Made by a program: the position numbers and the translations under genes
Notes under the pieces: model-generated
The model's database searches: none
Told to the model about the DNA's origin: nothing
Seen by the model: only the letters and a program-made list of their open reading frames with translations
Shown: positions 8,284 through 17,453 of the stretch, piece after piece
Position numbering within the stretch: position 1 is the first letter of the stretch
Layout: each line of letters begins with the position of its first letter
Assembly: GCA_030654195.1 (NCBI GenBank)
Contig: JAURXV010000155.1
Location: 13,580-77,579, forward strand
DNA from: Syntrophales bacterium
GTDB lineage: Bacteria; Desulfobacterota; Syntrophia; Syntrophales; UBA5619
Length of the DNA: 64,000 nucleotides
Direction of reading: 5' to 3'

Positions 8284-9415
8284 AAATGCCTTTCACAACA
8301 AGCTTCGCAGCGGGCTGACGATCCTGGGCATCACCGTGGCCGTTCTGGCGTTCGGCCTGCTCCGGACGGTGATCGGCGCATGGTACTCCGGCGTCGAGGC
8401 CGCTTCGGCGTCCCGCCTCGTCACGAGAAACGCGATCTCCATCATTTTCCCCCTCCCGATTGCCTACAACGAAAAAATCCGGCAGATCGAGGGGGTGAAG
8501 CTCGTCTCCTACGGCAACTGGTTCGGCGGCATCTACATCGATGAAAAGAATTTCTTTCCGAACTTCTGCGTGGAACCGCGGACCTATATGGCCATCTACC
8601 CGGAATTCGTTCTCAGCCCTCCGGAGAAGAAGGCCTTCTTTGCCGACCGGAAGGGCTTTGTCGCCGGCCGGAAACTGGCCGCGAGGTTCGGCTGGAAGAT
8701 CGGCGATCAGGTCACCCTCAAGGGGACCATCTTCCCGGGAAATTGGGATTTCGTGCTGCGGGGCGTCTATCGGGGCCGGGATCAGACCGTCGATGAGACG
8801 CAGTTTTTTTTCCACTGGGATTACCTCAATGAAACCATGAAAAAGGTCTCCCCCCGAAGGGCGGACCAGGTGGGTTTCTACATGATCGCCGTCGCCAGGC
8901 CGGATCTGGCGCCGGACGTGGCCCTAAGCGTGGACAGGGCCTTCAAGAACTCCCTGGCGGAGACGCTCACGGAGACGGAGAAGGCCTTTAACCAGGGGTT
9001 CATCGCCATGAGCGGGGCTATCGTTACGGCCATCCAAATGGTTTCCTTCGTCGTTATCCTCATCATCATGGCGGTCGTCGCCAATACCATGGCCATGACC
9101 ACCCGGGAGCGCATCGGCGATTACGCGATCATGAAAACCCTGGGGTTCGGCGGCGGATCGATCGCGGTCATGATCTTCGGCGAATCCCTCGTGATCTCCC
9201 TGACCGGCTGCCTGATCGGGATGATTCTGACGTTTCCGGCGGCCAGGGCCTTCGGCCAAACCCTTTCGACCTACTTCCCCGTCTTTATCGTCTCGGCTGA
9301 GACGCTCTGGCTTGACCTTCTTGCCGCCCTCCTGATCGCCTTTTTCGCGGCGATCATCCCGGCCCGCCATGCGATCCGCGTCGGCATCGCCGAGGGATTA
9401 AGGAGGATCGGATAA
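8258..9415 (+). CDS. ABC transporter permease, FtsX/MacB family.
   Basis: The N-terminal segment LKILFRNAFHNKLRSGLTILGI is typical of FtsX-family permeases. It has a large periplasmic region and a C-terminal FtsX-like bundle of transmembrane segments. It overlaps the upstream ATPase gene. Confidence 0.85.
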   Translation: MLQLKILFRNAFHNKLRSGLTILGITVAVLAFGLLRTVIGAWYSGVEAASASRLVTRNAISIIFPLPIAYNEKIRQIEGVKLVSYGNWFGGIYIDEKNFFPNFCVEPRTYMAIYPEFVLSPPEKKAFFADRKGFVAGRKLAARFGWKIGDQVTLKGTIFPGNWDFVLRGVYRGRDQTVDETQFFFHWDYLNETMKKVSPRRADQVGFYMIAVARPDLAPDVALSVDRAFKNSLAETLTETEKAFNQGFIAMSGAIVTAIQMVSFVVILIIMAVVANTMAMTTRERIGDYAIMKTLGFGGGSIAVMIFGESLVISLTGCLIGMILTFPAARAFGQTLSTYFPVFIVSAETLWLDLLAALLIAFFAAIIPARHAIRVGIAEGLRRIG

Positions 9416-10590
9416 TGGCCATTCCCCTCTCCTACAGCATGCGGAATCTCTGGAAGCGCAGGCTGACGACAATCCTGACGGTTTCCGGGATGGCGCTTGT
9501 CGTCTTCGTCTTCGCCGCCGTCCTGATGATGGCCGCGGGGCTCCAGAAGACGCTTGTGGAGACGGGCTCGGATGACAACGTGGTCGTCTTCCGCAAGGGA
9601 TCGACATCGGAGGTGATGAGCGGCATCGATCGCGGACAGGCCTCGATCGTGGAGATGCTGCCCCAGGTGGCGGTCGGCGGGGAGGGCCGCAGGCTCGTGG
9701 CCAAGGAGGTGGTTGTCCTGATCGCCCTTCCCAAGCGGGGCGCGGGGAAGACGTCCAGCCATTCCAATGTCGTGGTCCGCGGCGTCCAGGAGGCATCGAT
9801 CCCGCTGCGGCCGCAGGTGAAGCTCGTCGCGGGACGCATGTTTCGAATGGGATCGTCGGAGATCATTGTCGGGAACAGCATCGCCAAGGGGTTCGTGGGG
9901 GTCGGTCTTCAGGGAACCCTGAACTGGGGGATGCGGAGATGGACCGTGGTGGGCATCTTCGATGCGGGAAACACCGGCTTCAGTTCCGAAATCTGGGGGG
10001 ATGTGGACCAGGTGATGCAGGCCTTCCGGCGGCCCGTTTACTCATCGCTCATTTTCAAATTGAATAACCCGGCCGCATTCCCGGCGGCCAAAACGGCCGT
10101 CGAGACGGACCCACGGCTCACGCTCGAGGCCAAGCGGGAGACGCGCTACTATCTCGACCAGTCGGAGATGATGGCGAAGTTCCTGCGGATCCTCGGGCTG
10201 TCGCTGACCGTCATCTTTTCGATCGGCGCGATCATCGGAGCCATGATCACCATGTATTCGGCGGTGGCCAACCGGATCGGGGAAATCGGAACGATGCGCG
10301 CGCTGGGCTTCAGCCGGCGGAGCATCCTGGCCGCATTTCTCGCGGAGTCGCTGCTTCTGGGTGTGATCGGCGGCGCGGCGGGACTCTTCTTCGCGTCCTT
10401 CATGCAGTTCATCACCGTTTCCACCGTGAACTTTCAGACTTTTTCGGAATTGGCATTCAAATTCACCCTCACGGTGCGCATCGTCCTGCAGGCCATGGCA
10501 TTTTCACTCGTCATGGGCTTCATCGGCGGCATGCTGCCCGCGTTGCGCGCCTCCCGGATGAAGATTGTCGAAGCCCTGCGGGCGGCATAG
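9415..10590 (+). CDS. ABC transporter permease, FtsX/MacB family (second paralogue).
   Basis: The N-terminus reads MRNLWKRRLTTILTVSGMALVV, and a C-terminal FtsX-like transmembrane bundle is present. Its start overlaps the previous stop (TAATG). Confidence 0.85.
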   Translation: MAIPLSYSMRNLWKRRLTTILTVSGMALVVFVFAAVLMMAAGLQKTLVETGSDDNVVVFRKGSTSEVMSGIDRGQASIVEMLPQVAVGGEGRRLVAKEVVVLIALPKRGAGKTSSHSNVVVRGVQEASIPLRPQVKLVAGRMFRMGSSEIIVGNSIAKGFVGVGLQGTLNWGMRRWTVVGIFDAGNTGFSSEIWGDVDQVMQAFRRPVYSSLIFKLNNPAAFPAAKTAVETDPRLTLEAKRETRYYLDQSEMMAKFLRILGLSLTVIFSIGAIIGAMITMYSAVANRIGEIGTMRALGFSRRSILAAFLAESLLLGVIGGAAGLFFASFMQFITVSTVNFQTFSELAFKFTLTVRIVLQAMAFSLVMGFIGGMLPALRASRMKIVEALRAA

Positions 10591-10606
10591 CGTATGAGCG
10601 ACAGGT

Positions 10607-10665
10607 GGCTTTCGGTGGCTTTCGGGGACAGATTTGAAATCTGTCCCCGAAAGCCACCGAAAGCC
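10607..10665. repeat. 59-nt perfect palindrome with 29-nt arms, containing a GGGGACA...TGTCCCC core.
   Basis: ggctttcggtggctttcggggacagattt-g-aaatctgtccccgaaagccaccgaaagcc sits directly after the permease stop. No T-tract follows it. Confidence 0.85.
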
Positions 10666-10820
10666 GATTCCCCTGTGAGCAAATTTCACTTGACATCCTT
10701 AGCGCGGGCCGTTTACACCTTTTGTGAACTGGGAATCCTTGAGTCGGGACCGGATAACCAATTCCGGTTCGGCACGGACCTGTATTTGCCGGGCAGGGCG
10801 GCGGGCATGAGGGGTGAGAC

Positions 10821-12479
10821 ATGGCGAGGGTTCTTGAAGGATTTACGCCTTACAAAAAAAAGGACGCCGAAAAATACAACAGGTTTCGGTGGTGGCCCGG
10901 CCTTACATTCGGGGATCTCCTTGACAGGGCTGCGGATATTCACCCGGATAAAGAGGCCTTTGTGGATCGGAAAACGCGTCTTACCTATGGGGAGGCGCGT
11001 GAAAAAACCGACAGGCTCGCCATAGGCATGATGAATTTGGGCATCCGTCCCCTGGATCGGGTGCTGGTTCAGCTTCCCAATTGGAATGAATTTGTTTTCG
11101 CCTATTTTGCCGTTCAAAAAATTGGCGCCATCGCGGTCCTGCTGATTGACCGGCTGCGCCAGTTTGAGATCAACCACCTGATCGGCCTTACGGGGGCCAC
11201 ATCCTGGATTGTCCCCTCCAGATACAATAATACCGATTATATTCCCATTATCCATGATGTCATGGAAACAAGCCGGGGACTCAGAAATGTCATCACCGTC
11301 CGGGCAGACGGCAATGCGCCGGCCTTCCCGAGACTCGAAAAACTGATCGAGGGGACCCAGTTGACGGAAAAGAACCGGGTCCGCCTTGCGAGGCGGCGGC
11401 CCGATCCCATGGATGTGGCCCATATGGGAACGACAGGGGGAACGACCGGGGTGCCCAAAATTGTCCCCCGCACACACAACAGCCTGATTACGGGCATCGA
11501 GCTCTGCTCCCGGTCGTGGGAACAGAACAACGAGGACATTAACCTGATCGCCGGTCCCATAGGTCATGACCTGTCATTCACCAAGGGCTTCATCGGAAGC
11601 GTTATCACCATGGGAAAGGTCGTATTCCTGGATTCCACGGACGACAAAGAGATATGCGAGACCATTAACAGAGAGAAGGTGACTTCCATCATCTGGGTCC
11701 CCACCCTGGCCCAGAGGATGCTCCAGTACAAAGACCTGGACATGCACGACTTGAGCTGCCTGAAAAAGATGCACAGCGCAGGCGGGACGAGCCACCCCGA
11801 TCTTGTCAGGGACGTGACGGAAAGGCTGGGCATGAAGTTCTACAACGGCTACGGCGCAACCGAGGGGATGACGACGATCACACGCCCTACCGACAGTCTG
11901 GAGACGATCTGCAGTTGCGTGGGGAAACCCACATGCCCTTATGATACATACAAGGTCATTGATGAAGAGGGAAATGAACTTCCCCCCAACAGGCAGGGGG
12001 AATTGGTGCTTAAGGGACCCGGTGTATTTACGGGCTACTACCGGAACCCGAAGGAGAACAGGAAGGCATTTACCAGGGACGGATTCTTCCGGACCGGTGA
12101 CCTGGCCAGGATCGATGAGAAAGGCAATATCACCCTTACAGGCCGCATCAAGGAGATGATCAACCGGGGCGGCGAAAGTATCAGCGCCACGGAGATAGAA
12201 AAACTCATCAACCGTCATCCGGGTGTGGCGGCCGTGGCCGTCATCCCTATGCCTGATCCTGTTATGGGAGAGAGGGTTTGCGCCTATATTGAGCCCAAAG
12301 CCGGGGCGGAGGTTACCTTTGATGAGATCATCTCCTTTTTGAAAGGGCAGAAGGCCTCTGTTCTTCAGCTCCCGGAACGGATTGAATTTATCGCCGCCAT
12401 GCCATACACGGGCGCACAGAAACTGGACAAGCGAACCCTGCGTGAAGAAATCGAGAAAAAGCTCCGGACAGCCGGGTGA
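10821..12479 (+). CDS. AMP-dependent synthetase/ligase (aryl- or acyl-CoA ligase, EntE/DhbE-like subfamily).
   Basis: Motifs TGGTTGVPKIV, YGATEG and FRTGDLARIDEKGNITLTGRIKEMINRGGESI. Confidence 0.85.
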   Translation: MARVLEGFTPYKKKDAEKYNRFRWWPGLTFGDLLDRAADIHPDKEAFVDRKTRLTYGEAREKTDRLAIGMMNLGIRPLDRVLVQLPNWNEFVFAYFAVQKIGAIAVLLIDRLRQFEINHLIGLTGATSWIVPSRYNNTDYIPIIHDVMETSRGLRNVITVRADGNAPAFPRLEKLIEGTQLTEKNRVRLARRRPDPMDVAHMGTTGGTTGVPKIVPRTHNSLITGIELCSRSWEQNNEDINLIAGPIGHDLSFTKGFIGSVITMGKVVFLDSTDDKEICETINREKVTSIIWVPTLAQRMLQYKDLDMHDLSCLKKMHSAGGTSHPDLVRDVTERLGMKFYNGYGATEGMTTITRPTDSLETICSCVGKPTCPYDTYKVIDEEGNELPPNRQGELVLKGPGVFTGYYRNPKENRKAFTRDGFFRTGDLARIDEKGNITLTGRIKEMINRGGESISATEIEKLINRHPGVAAVAVIPMPDPVMGERVCAYIEPKAGAEVTFDEIISFLKGQKASVLQLPERIEFIAAMPYTGAQKLDKRTLREEIEKKLRTAG

Positions 12480-12604
12480 TTCGGCAGCGATTTTTCTTGA
12501 CACACAACCTGCTCTTTCTTATGTGAAAGTGTTAGCGAACCGAGTTCTTATAAACTATCACAAGAAATAACCCTTGGAATAGTTAAGGCAAAGGAGGTCC
12601 CCAT

Positions 12605-13561
12605 ATGCATCTACCGATATTTACCCATCGACAGCCCGCCGACTTCGCGGGGGTGGTTTCAGCCCTCACCGAAGGCTCCGGGGCAAAGGTGCTGGCTGGT
12701 GGCACCGACCTGCTGGTGAACATGAAGCACCGGATCGAGATGCCCGAGACACTGGTCAGCCTGAAAAAGGTCGCGGATATCAGGGGCATCAGCCTGGAAG
12801 GGGATGCCACGGTCATCGGCGCTGCGACAACCTTGAAAGAGATCCGGCAGAATTCGGAACTGGAGCGGAAATTCCCGGCACTGGTCCAGGCTGCGATGTC
12901 CGTTGGGTCCTACCGCCACCAGGCTATGGGCACTCTGGGAGGCAACCTTTGCCAGAACACGCGCTGCCGCTTCTTCAACCAGTCTTGGCAATGGAGGCAA
13001 GTTAGGAGCCTCTGCTACAAGGTCGGCGGGGAGGACTGCCACGTGATCGGACGGAAACACACCTGTTTCTCTACTTATAGCGGAGATGTGGCGCCGGCCC
13101 TGCTCGTCCTGGATGCCTCCCTTCGGATCACCGGACCTGATGGTCCAAGGGAAGCCCCCCTTTCCACCCTTTACTCCGGGGAGGGACGAACGCCCGTGAC
13201 CCTTGGGCGAGGCGAATTTGTAACCGCAGTGGTAATCCCCGGGGCAGCGGCCCGGGGCAAATCCCGTTACGAAAAATTCAGTCTCAGAGGATCGATCGAC
13301 TTTCCGATCGTGGGCGCGGCGGTCTGGCGGGGAGACGGTAGCGTGCGTGCAGCCTATACAGGAGTGGATCGCGCTCCGGTGAGAGCATCGGAACTGGAGG
13401 CGGAATTGGCAGGGCAGGAACTCACGGATGCATCCCTGAAGCGGGGTGCGAACCTTGCGCATAAAGCGGCGAAGATCGCCCCGACGTCCGTTCATCCCGT
13501 ATCCTTCAAACGCGAGCTGATGGGCGTCCTCTTCGTGAAGGCCATGCGGGATATCTCCTGA
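12605..13561 (+). CDS. Molybdenum hydroxylase FAD-binding medium subunit (CoxM/HcrB-like) with a Cys-rich insertion.
   Basis: The FAD motif is LAGGTDLLVNMK. An insertion, LCQNTRCRFFNQSWQWRQVRSLCYKVGGEDCHVIGRKHTCF, lies between GGNL and SGDVAPAL. RBS AAGGAGG is 8 nt upstream of the ATG. Confidence 0.85.
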   Translation: MHLPIFTHRQPADFAGVVSALTEGSGAKVLAGGTDLLVNMKHRIEMPETLVSLKKVADIRGISLEGDATVIGAATTLKEIRQNSELERKFPALVQAAMSVGSYRHQAMGTLGGNLCQNTRCRFFNQSWQWRQVRSLCYKVGGEDCHVIGRKHTCFSTYSGDVAPALLVLDASLRITGPDGPREAPLSTLYSGEGRTPVTLGRGEFVTAVVIPGAAARGKSRYEKFSLRGSIDFPIVGAAVWRGDGSVRAAYTGVDRAPVRASELEAELAGQELTDASLKRGANLAHKAAKIAPTSVHPVSFKRELMGVLFVKAMRDIS

Positions 13562-13587
13562 ACCGGAAAGAAGGAGGGAAGAATATA

Positions 13588-14073
13588 ATGGGAAAAAAGA
13601 CCGTTCTGGAACTGATGATTAACGGCGACACTTTTGAGATCGCCTGTGCTCCGAATATGACACTCCTGGAGGCGCTGCGGGATAAAGCCTTGCTTACCGG
13701 AACCAAGCGCGGCTGCGACACGGGCGGCTGCGGCGCCTGCACCGTAATCATGGATGGCGAAGCCGTACTGGCGTGCCTGACTCTGGCCGTGGAAGCCGAA
13801 GGCTGCGACATCCGCACCATTGAGGGGCTCGCCCTGGATGGAAAGCTTTCGCCGCTGCAAGAGGCCTTTGTGGAGCACGGAGCGATCCAGTGTGGATTTT
13901 GCTCTCCCGGCTTCATCATGAGCGCCACGGCATTGCTTGCCGAGGTCCCAAGCCCTGGCCGGGAAGAGATCCGAAGACATCTGGCCGGCAATCTTTGTCG
14001 CTGCACGGGCTACGTAAAGATCATCGGCGCGGTGGAGTCAGTCGCCGTGAAGGACCGGGGAGGTGAGAAATGA
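13588..14073 (+). CDS. Molybdenum hydroxylase [2Fe-2S] small subunit (CoxS/HcrC-like).
   Basis: GCDTGGCGACTV, QCGFCSPG and NLCRCTGY are the two canonical 2Fe-2S cysteine clusters. Confidence 0.9.
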   Translation: MGKKTVLELMINGDTFEIACAPNMTLLEALRDKALLTGTKRGCDTGGCGACTVIMDGEAVLACLTLAVEAEGCDIRTIEGLALDGKLSPLQEAFVEHGAIQCGFCSPGFIMSATALLAEVPSPGREEIRRHLAGNLCRCTGYVKIIGAVESVAVKDRGGEK

Positions 14074-16376
14074 AGGTTCTCAACGTAGTGGGACGAAGAA
14101 TTCCTATGTACGACGCCGCAGCAAAAGCCATGGGCCAGGCCCAGTTCACGGATGATTTGGAGCGGCCTGGAATGCTGCACGGCAGATTCGTCCGATCCAC
14201 GATCGCCCACGGCCGCATCCTTCAAGTGGATGTCAGCCGGGCGCTTGTCCTTCCCGGGGTTAAGGGCGTCATCACCGGCCGCGACATCCCCGATCGGGTG
14301 TACGGCATCGTTCCCAAGGGGAAGGATGAGCACGCGTTGGCCCGGGACAAGGTAAGGTACATCGGCGACGCAGTGGCAGCCGTGGTGGCCGTTGATGTGG
14401 AAACGGCCGAGGAGGCTGTGCGGCTTGTCAAAGTTGAGTACGAGGAGCTGCCGGCGGTTTTTGATCCCCTGGATGCCATTCAGGAAGGCGCCCCCATCGT
14501 TCATGACAACGTTCCAAACAACATCAGCGCCTCAATCCGGAAGGAGTGGGGAGACGTGGAAAAGGCCTTCGCAAAGTCGGACTACGTCTTCGAGGATTCT
14601 TTCTTCTCCCAGGCCGTGAACCATGCTCCTATAGAACCCCACGCCGCTCTGGCCCAGTACGACCCCCAAAACGGGGACTTGACGATTTGGTCATCCACCC
14701 AGATCCCGTACTTCCTTAAGCGGAATCTGGCAACCACGCTTCTCATTCCCGAAAACAAAGTCCGTGTGATCAAGCCAAAGGTTGGGGGCGGATTCGGGGG
14801 TAAAATCGATATGTTTTCCAAGGACTTCTGCGCCTGCTGGTTTGCCAGGGAACTGCTGCGACCTGTCAAGTTCGTGTACGAACGCGAGGAGGTCTTTCAG
14901 AACACCCGGCAGCGCCACCCCATGTACATCACCGTGAAAACCGGCGTTGCCAAAGATGGCAAGATTCTGGCCCAGCAGATCAAGGCCCATGCGGACGGAG
15001 GGGCCTACAACTCCACTGCGCCGCTCATGATTACACTGTCTTGCTTCTTCATCATGATTCCTTACCGGATCGAGAACCTCCTCTATGAAGGTTACCATGT
15101 CTATACCAACAAGCCAACAGGCGGCGCCATGAGGGGGCACGGTATCCCCCAGGCCCGCTTCGCCATCGAGAGACAGCTCGATATGATTGCCGGGCGGATC
15201 GGGGTGGATGCCGCAGAGATGCGGGTGCGGAATGCCATTCAACCCGGCGAGCCCCATCCGGCCGGTTTCATCATCAACACATGCGGGTTTGCCGACAGCG
15301 TAAAGGAAGCAGCCAAGGCCATTGGGTGGACCGAGAAGCGCGGCAAGCTTCCCTTCGGGCGGGGCGTGGGTATCGCAGGCGCGTCCTTCCCCTCGGGCGT
15401 GGCCAACATGGCGCACCTCTCCTCGGGTTCTGTAGTCCAACTCACCCGTGAGGGTCGCGTGAACGTGCTGTCCGGCGCCGCTGACATCGGGCAGGGCGCA
15501 GAGACCGTCATCTGCCAGATCGTGGCGGAGCAATTGGGCGTCCCCATGGAGGATGTCCGGATTACCGCCGCGGACACGGGCATCTGCCCTCTGGATGCGG
15601 GAACCTTCGGCTCGGGAGTAACGGTGCGCGCGGGAAACGCTGCGCTCCTCGCAGCCAATGACGTGCGCGGGCAACTCTTTCAGTTCGTGGCCGAGAGGTT
15701 GGAAGCAAACATTGACGATTTGGTTGCCGCGGACCGCCGCATCTGGGTCAACGGCAGTCCCGACAGGGGAATGAGCCTGAACGATGCCCTCCATGCCTAT
15801 CAGTACGCGGACAACCCCCTTCCGATTGTCGGCCGGGGCTCTTGGATCCCACCGACAGAGCAGCCGACTTCGCTCCTCACCAAAAACGGGAATTTCAGCC
15901 CCAGCTATTCCTTCATGACCCAGGCGGCAGAGGTGGAAGTGGATATAGAGACGGGGAAAGTGAGGGTGATCAAGATGGTCACCGCCCATGACTGCGGTCA
16001 GCCGATCAACCCCATGCTGGTGGAAGGCCAGCTTGAAGGGAGCATCATGGGAGGAATGGGCCAGGCCCTGTACGAGGATTCCACTTGCATCGACGGCCAG
16101 CAGTATAATCCGTCCTTCCTGGATTACGGGTTTCCCACGGCCATGGAGATGCCCGAGATGGAGTCTGTTCACATCGACACCGATGACCCGCTGGGACCCT
16201 TCGGCGCCAAGGAGGCGGGTGAGGGGACGCAACTTGCGCCGGCGCCGGCCATTGTTAACGCCATCGCCGATGCCATCGGCCTGGAGTTCCACCGATTGCC
16301 GGTGACCCCGGCGATGATCCTGGAGGGCCTGCGCAAGAAGCAGGGTAAAGCGGAAGGTACGGATTCGTCCACTTGA
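14070..16376 (+). CDS. Molybdopterin-binding large subunit of the xanthine dehydrogenase/aldehyde oxidase family (HcrA-like).
   Basis: The N-terminal a/b-hammerhead region reads GQAQFTDDL..PGMLHGRFVRS. VGGGFGGK is present, and the 768-aa length fits the family. The start overlaps the small-subunit stop (ATGA). Confidence 0.9.
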   Translation: MKVLNVVGRRIPMYDAAAKAMGQAQFTDDLERPGMLHGRFVRSTIAHGRILQVDVSRALVLPGVKGVITGRDIPDRVYGIVPKGKDEHALARDKVRYIGDAVAAVVAVDVETAEEAVRLVKVEYEELPAVFDPLDAIQEGAPIVHDNVPNNISASIRKEWGDVEKAFAKSDYVFEDSFFSQAVNHAPIEPHAALAQYDPQNGDLTIWSSTQIPYFLKRNLATTLLIPENKVRVIKPKVGGGFGGKIDMFSKDFCACWFARELLRPVKFVYEREEVFQNTRQRHPMYITVKTGVAKDGKILAQQIKAHADGGAYNSTAPLMITLSCFFIMIPYRIENLLYEGYHVYTNKPTGGAMRGHGIPQARFAIERQLDMIAGRIGVDAAEMRVRNAIQPGEPHPAGFIINTCGFADSVKEAAKAIGWTEKRGKLPFGRGVGIAGASFPSGVANMAHLSSGSVVQLTREGRVNVLSGAADIGQGAETVICQIVAEQLGVPMEDVRITAADTGICPLDAGTFGSGVTVRAGNAALLAANDVRGQLFQFVAERLEANIDDLVAADRRIWVNGSPDRGMSLNDALHAYQYADNPLPIVGRGSWIPPTEQPTSLLTKNGNFSPSYSFMTQAAEVEVDIETGKVRVIKMVTAHDCGQPINPMLVEGQLEGSIMGGMGQALYEDSTCIDGQQYNPSFLDYGFPTAMEMPEMESVHIDTDDPLGPFGAKEAGEGTQLAPAPAIVNAIADAIGLEFHRLPVTPAMILEGLRKKQGKAEGTDSST

Positions 16377-16424
16377 TGACCGCGCCTGGTTTGCAAAGGC
16401 TCCTCTTCGCAAACCTACAACAAA

Positions 16425-17453
16425 TTGGTTATTGAGCAGATAATTATCATTGAACCCGTAACGCTGCGGAGGCTGATATTGTTCACCCGCGCCATGCTTA
16501 CCTTATGCATCCTGATCGGCCTGGCCCTCCCTCAGGCTTGGGGGGAAGAGCTGCGAACGTTTTCCTTTCTCCCCCAGTGGCTTCCCCAAGCCCAGTTCGC
16601 CGGCTATTACATGGCTTACGAAAAAGGCTTCTACAAGAAAAACGGTATCAATCTGATGATCATGCGCGGCGGACCGGAACACCCGCCCACGGAGACGATC
16701 GCCCAAAACAGGGTCAACTTCACCACGATGTTCCTCTCCTCGGCCATCAAGCTGCGCGACCAGGGGGTCCGGCTGGTGAACATCGGCCAGATCGTGCAGC
16801 GTTCAGGATTCATCCTGGTAACTAAAAAAACGAGCGGCATCGGCTCACCGGCGGATCTGCGCGGAAAGAAGGTGAGCCTCTGGACCGATTTCCGTCTCCA
16901 GCCCCAGGCCTTCTTCCGCAAGTACGGGGTGGAGGTCAAGCCCGTCTACCAAGGCGCCACGATGAACCTCTTCCTGCGGGGAGGCGTCGCCGCCGCCTCC
17001 GCGATGTGGTACAACGAATACCACGCGCTCCTCAATTCCGGCCTCAACGAGGATGAACTCCGCCCCTTCTTTTTCGACCAGCACGGTCTCAATTTCCCCG
17101 AAGACGGGATCTACTGTCTCGAGGAGACATTCCGGCGGGACGCCGATCTCTGCCGCCGTTTCGTGCGCGCCTCTCTCGAAGGGTGGGAGTACGCCTTTGC
17201 AAACCCGGAGGAGAGCCTGGACGTCGTCATGAGATACATCCGGAAGGCCAATGTGGGCGCCAACCGGGTCCATCAAAAATGGATGCTTGCCCGGATGAGG
17301 GATATCATCTTGCCCCCGGGAAACAATACGGCCCTCGGCCGCCTCAAACGGGAGGACTACCTCCGCGTCGCCGGGGAGATGAAGGGAAGCGGGCTCATCA
17401 AAGAGATTCCCCCTTACGGAGAGATCTATGCCGACTGCACCTCTCGCAAGTAA
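16425..17453 (+). CDS. Periplasmic substrate-binding protein, NMT1/THI5 (SsuA/TauA-like) family.
   Basis: A signal-like segment MLTLCILIGLALPQAWG is followed by LPQWLPQAQFAGYYMA.EKGFYKKNGINL. The true start is probably internal, near nt 16494. Confidence 0.75.
   Translation: MVIEQIIIIEPVTLRRLILFTRAMLTLCILIGLALPQAWGEELRTFSFLPQWLPQAQFAGYYMAYEKGFYKKNGINLMIMRGGPEHPPTETIAQNRVNFTTMFLSSAIKLRDQGVRLVNIGQIVQRSGFILVTKKTSGIGSPADLRGKKVSLWTDFRLQPQAFFRKYGVEVKPVYQGATMNLFLRGGVAAASAMWYNEYHALLNSGLNEDELRPFFFDQHGLNFPEDGIYCLEETFRRDADLCRRFVRASLEGWEYAFANPEESLDVVMRYIRKANVGANRVHQKWMLARMRDIILPPGNNTALGRLKREDYLRVAGEMKGSGLIKEIPPYGEIYADCTSRK

Noticed and set aside
12497-12525. Sigma-70-like promoter (TTGACA-17 nt-TATGTG) upstream of the molybdenum-enzyme operon. 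A similar TTGACA occurs at 10690 and at 23207.
   Set aside because: The -35 boxes are perfect but the -10 candidates are weak. Without transcription start data these are guesses, so they are not listed as features.
14691-16412. 573-aa minus-strand ORF antisense to the molybdopterin large subunit. Similar long antisense ORFs occur at 11574-12503, 12659-13495, 17545-19032, 27647-28756, 40540-41520, 42760-43455, 52119-53885, 53051-53953, 56351-57310, 57494-58699, 58594-59337 and 59909-60724.
   Set aside because: Each lies opposite or out of frame to a gene with unmistakable family motifs. Their translations are Arg/Gly/Pro/Asp-rich low-complexity sequence, typical of shadow ORFs in GC-rich DNA. 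None has a recognisable motif or RBS.
16377-16494. Possible TPP riboswitch upstream of the NMT1/THI5-like binding protein.
   Set aside because: There is no CUGAGA / ACCUGAUCUGGAUAAUGCCAGCG-like core. The region is short and may partly be coding if the upstream start is real.
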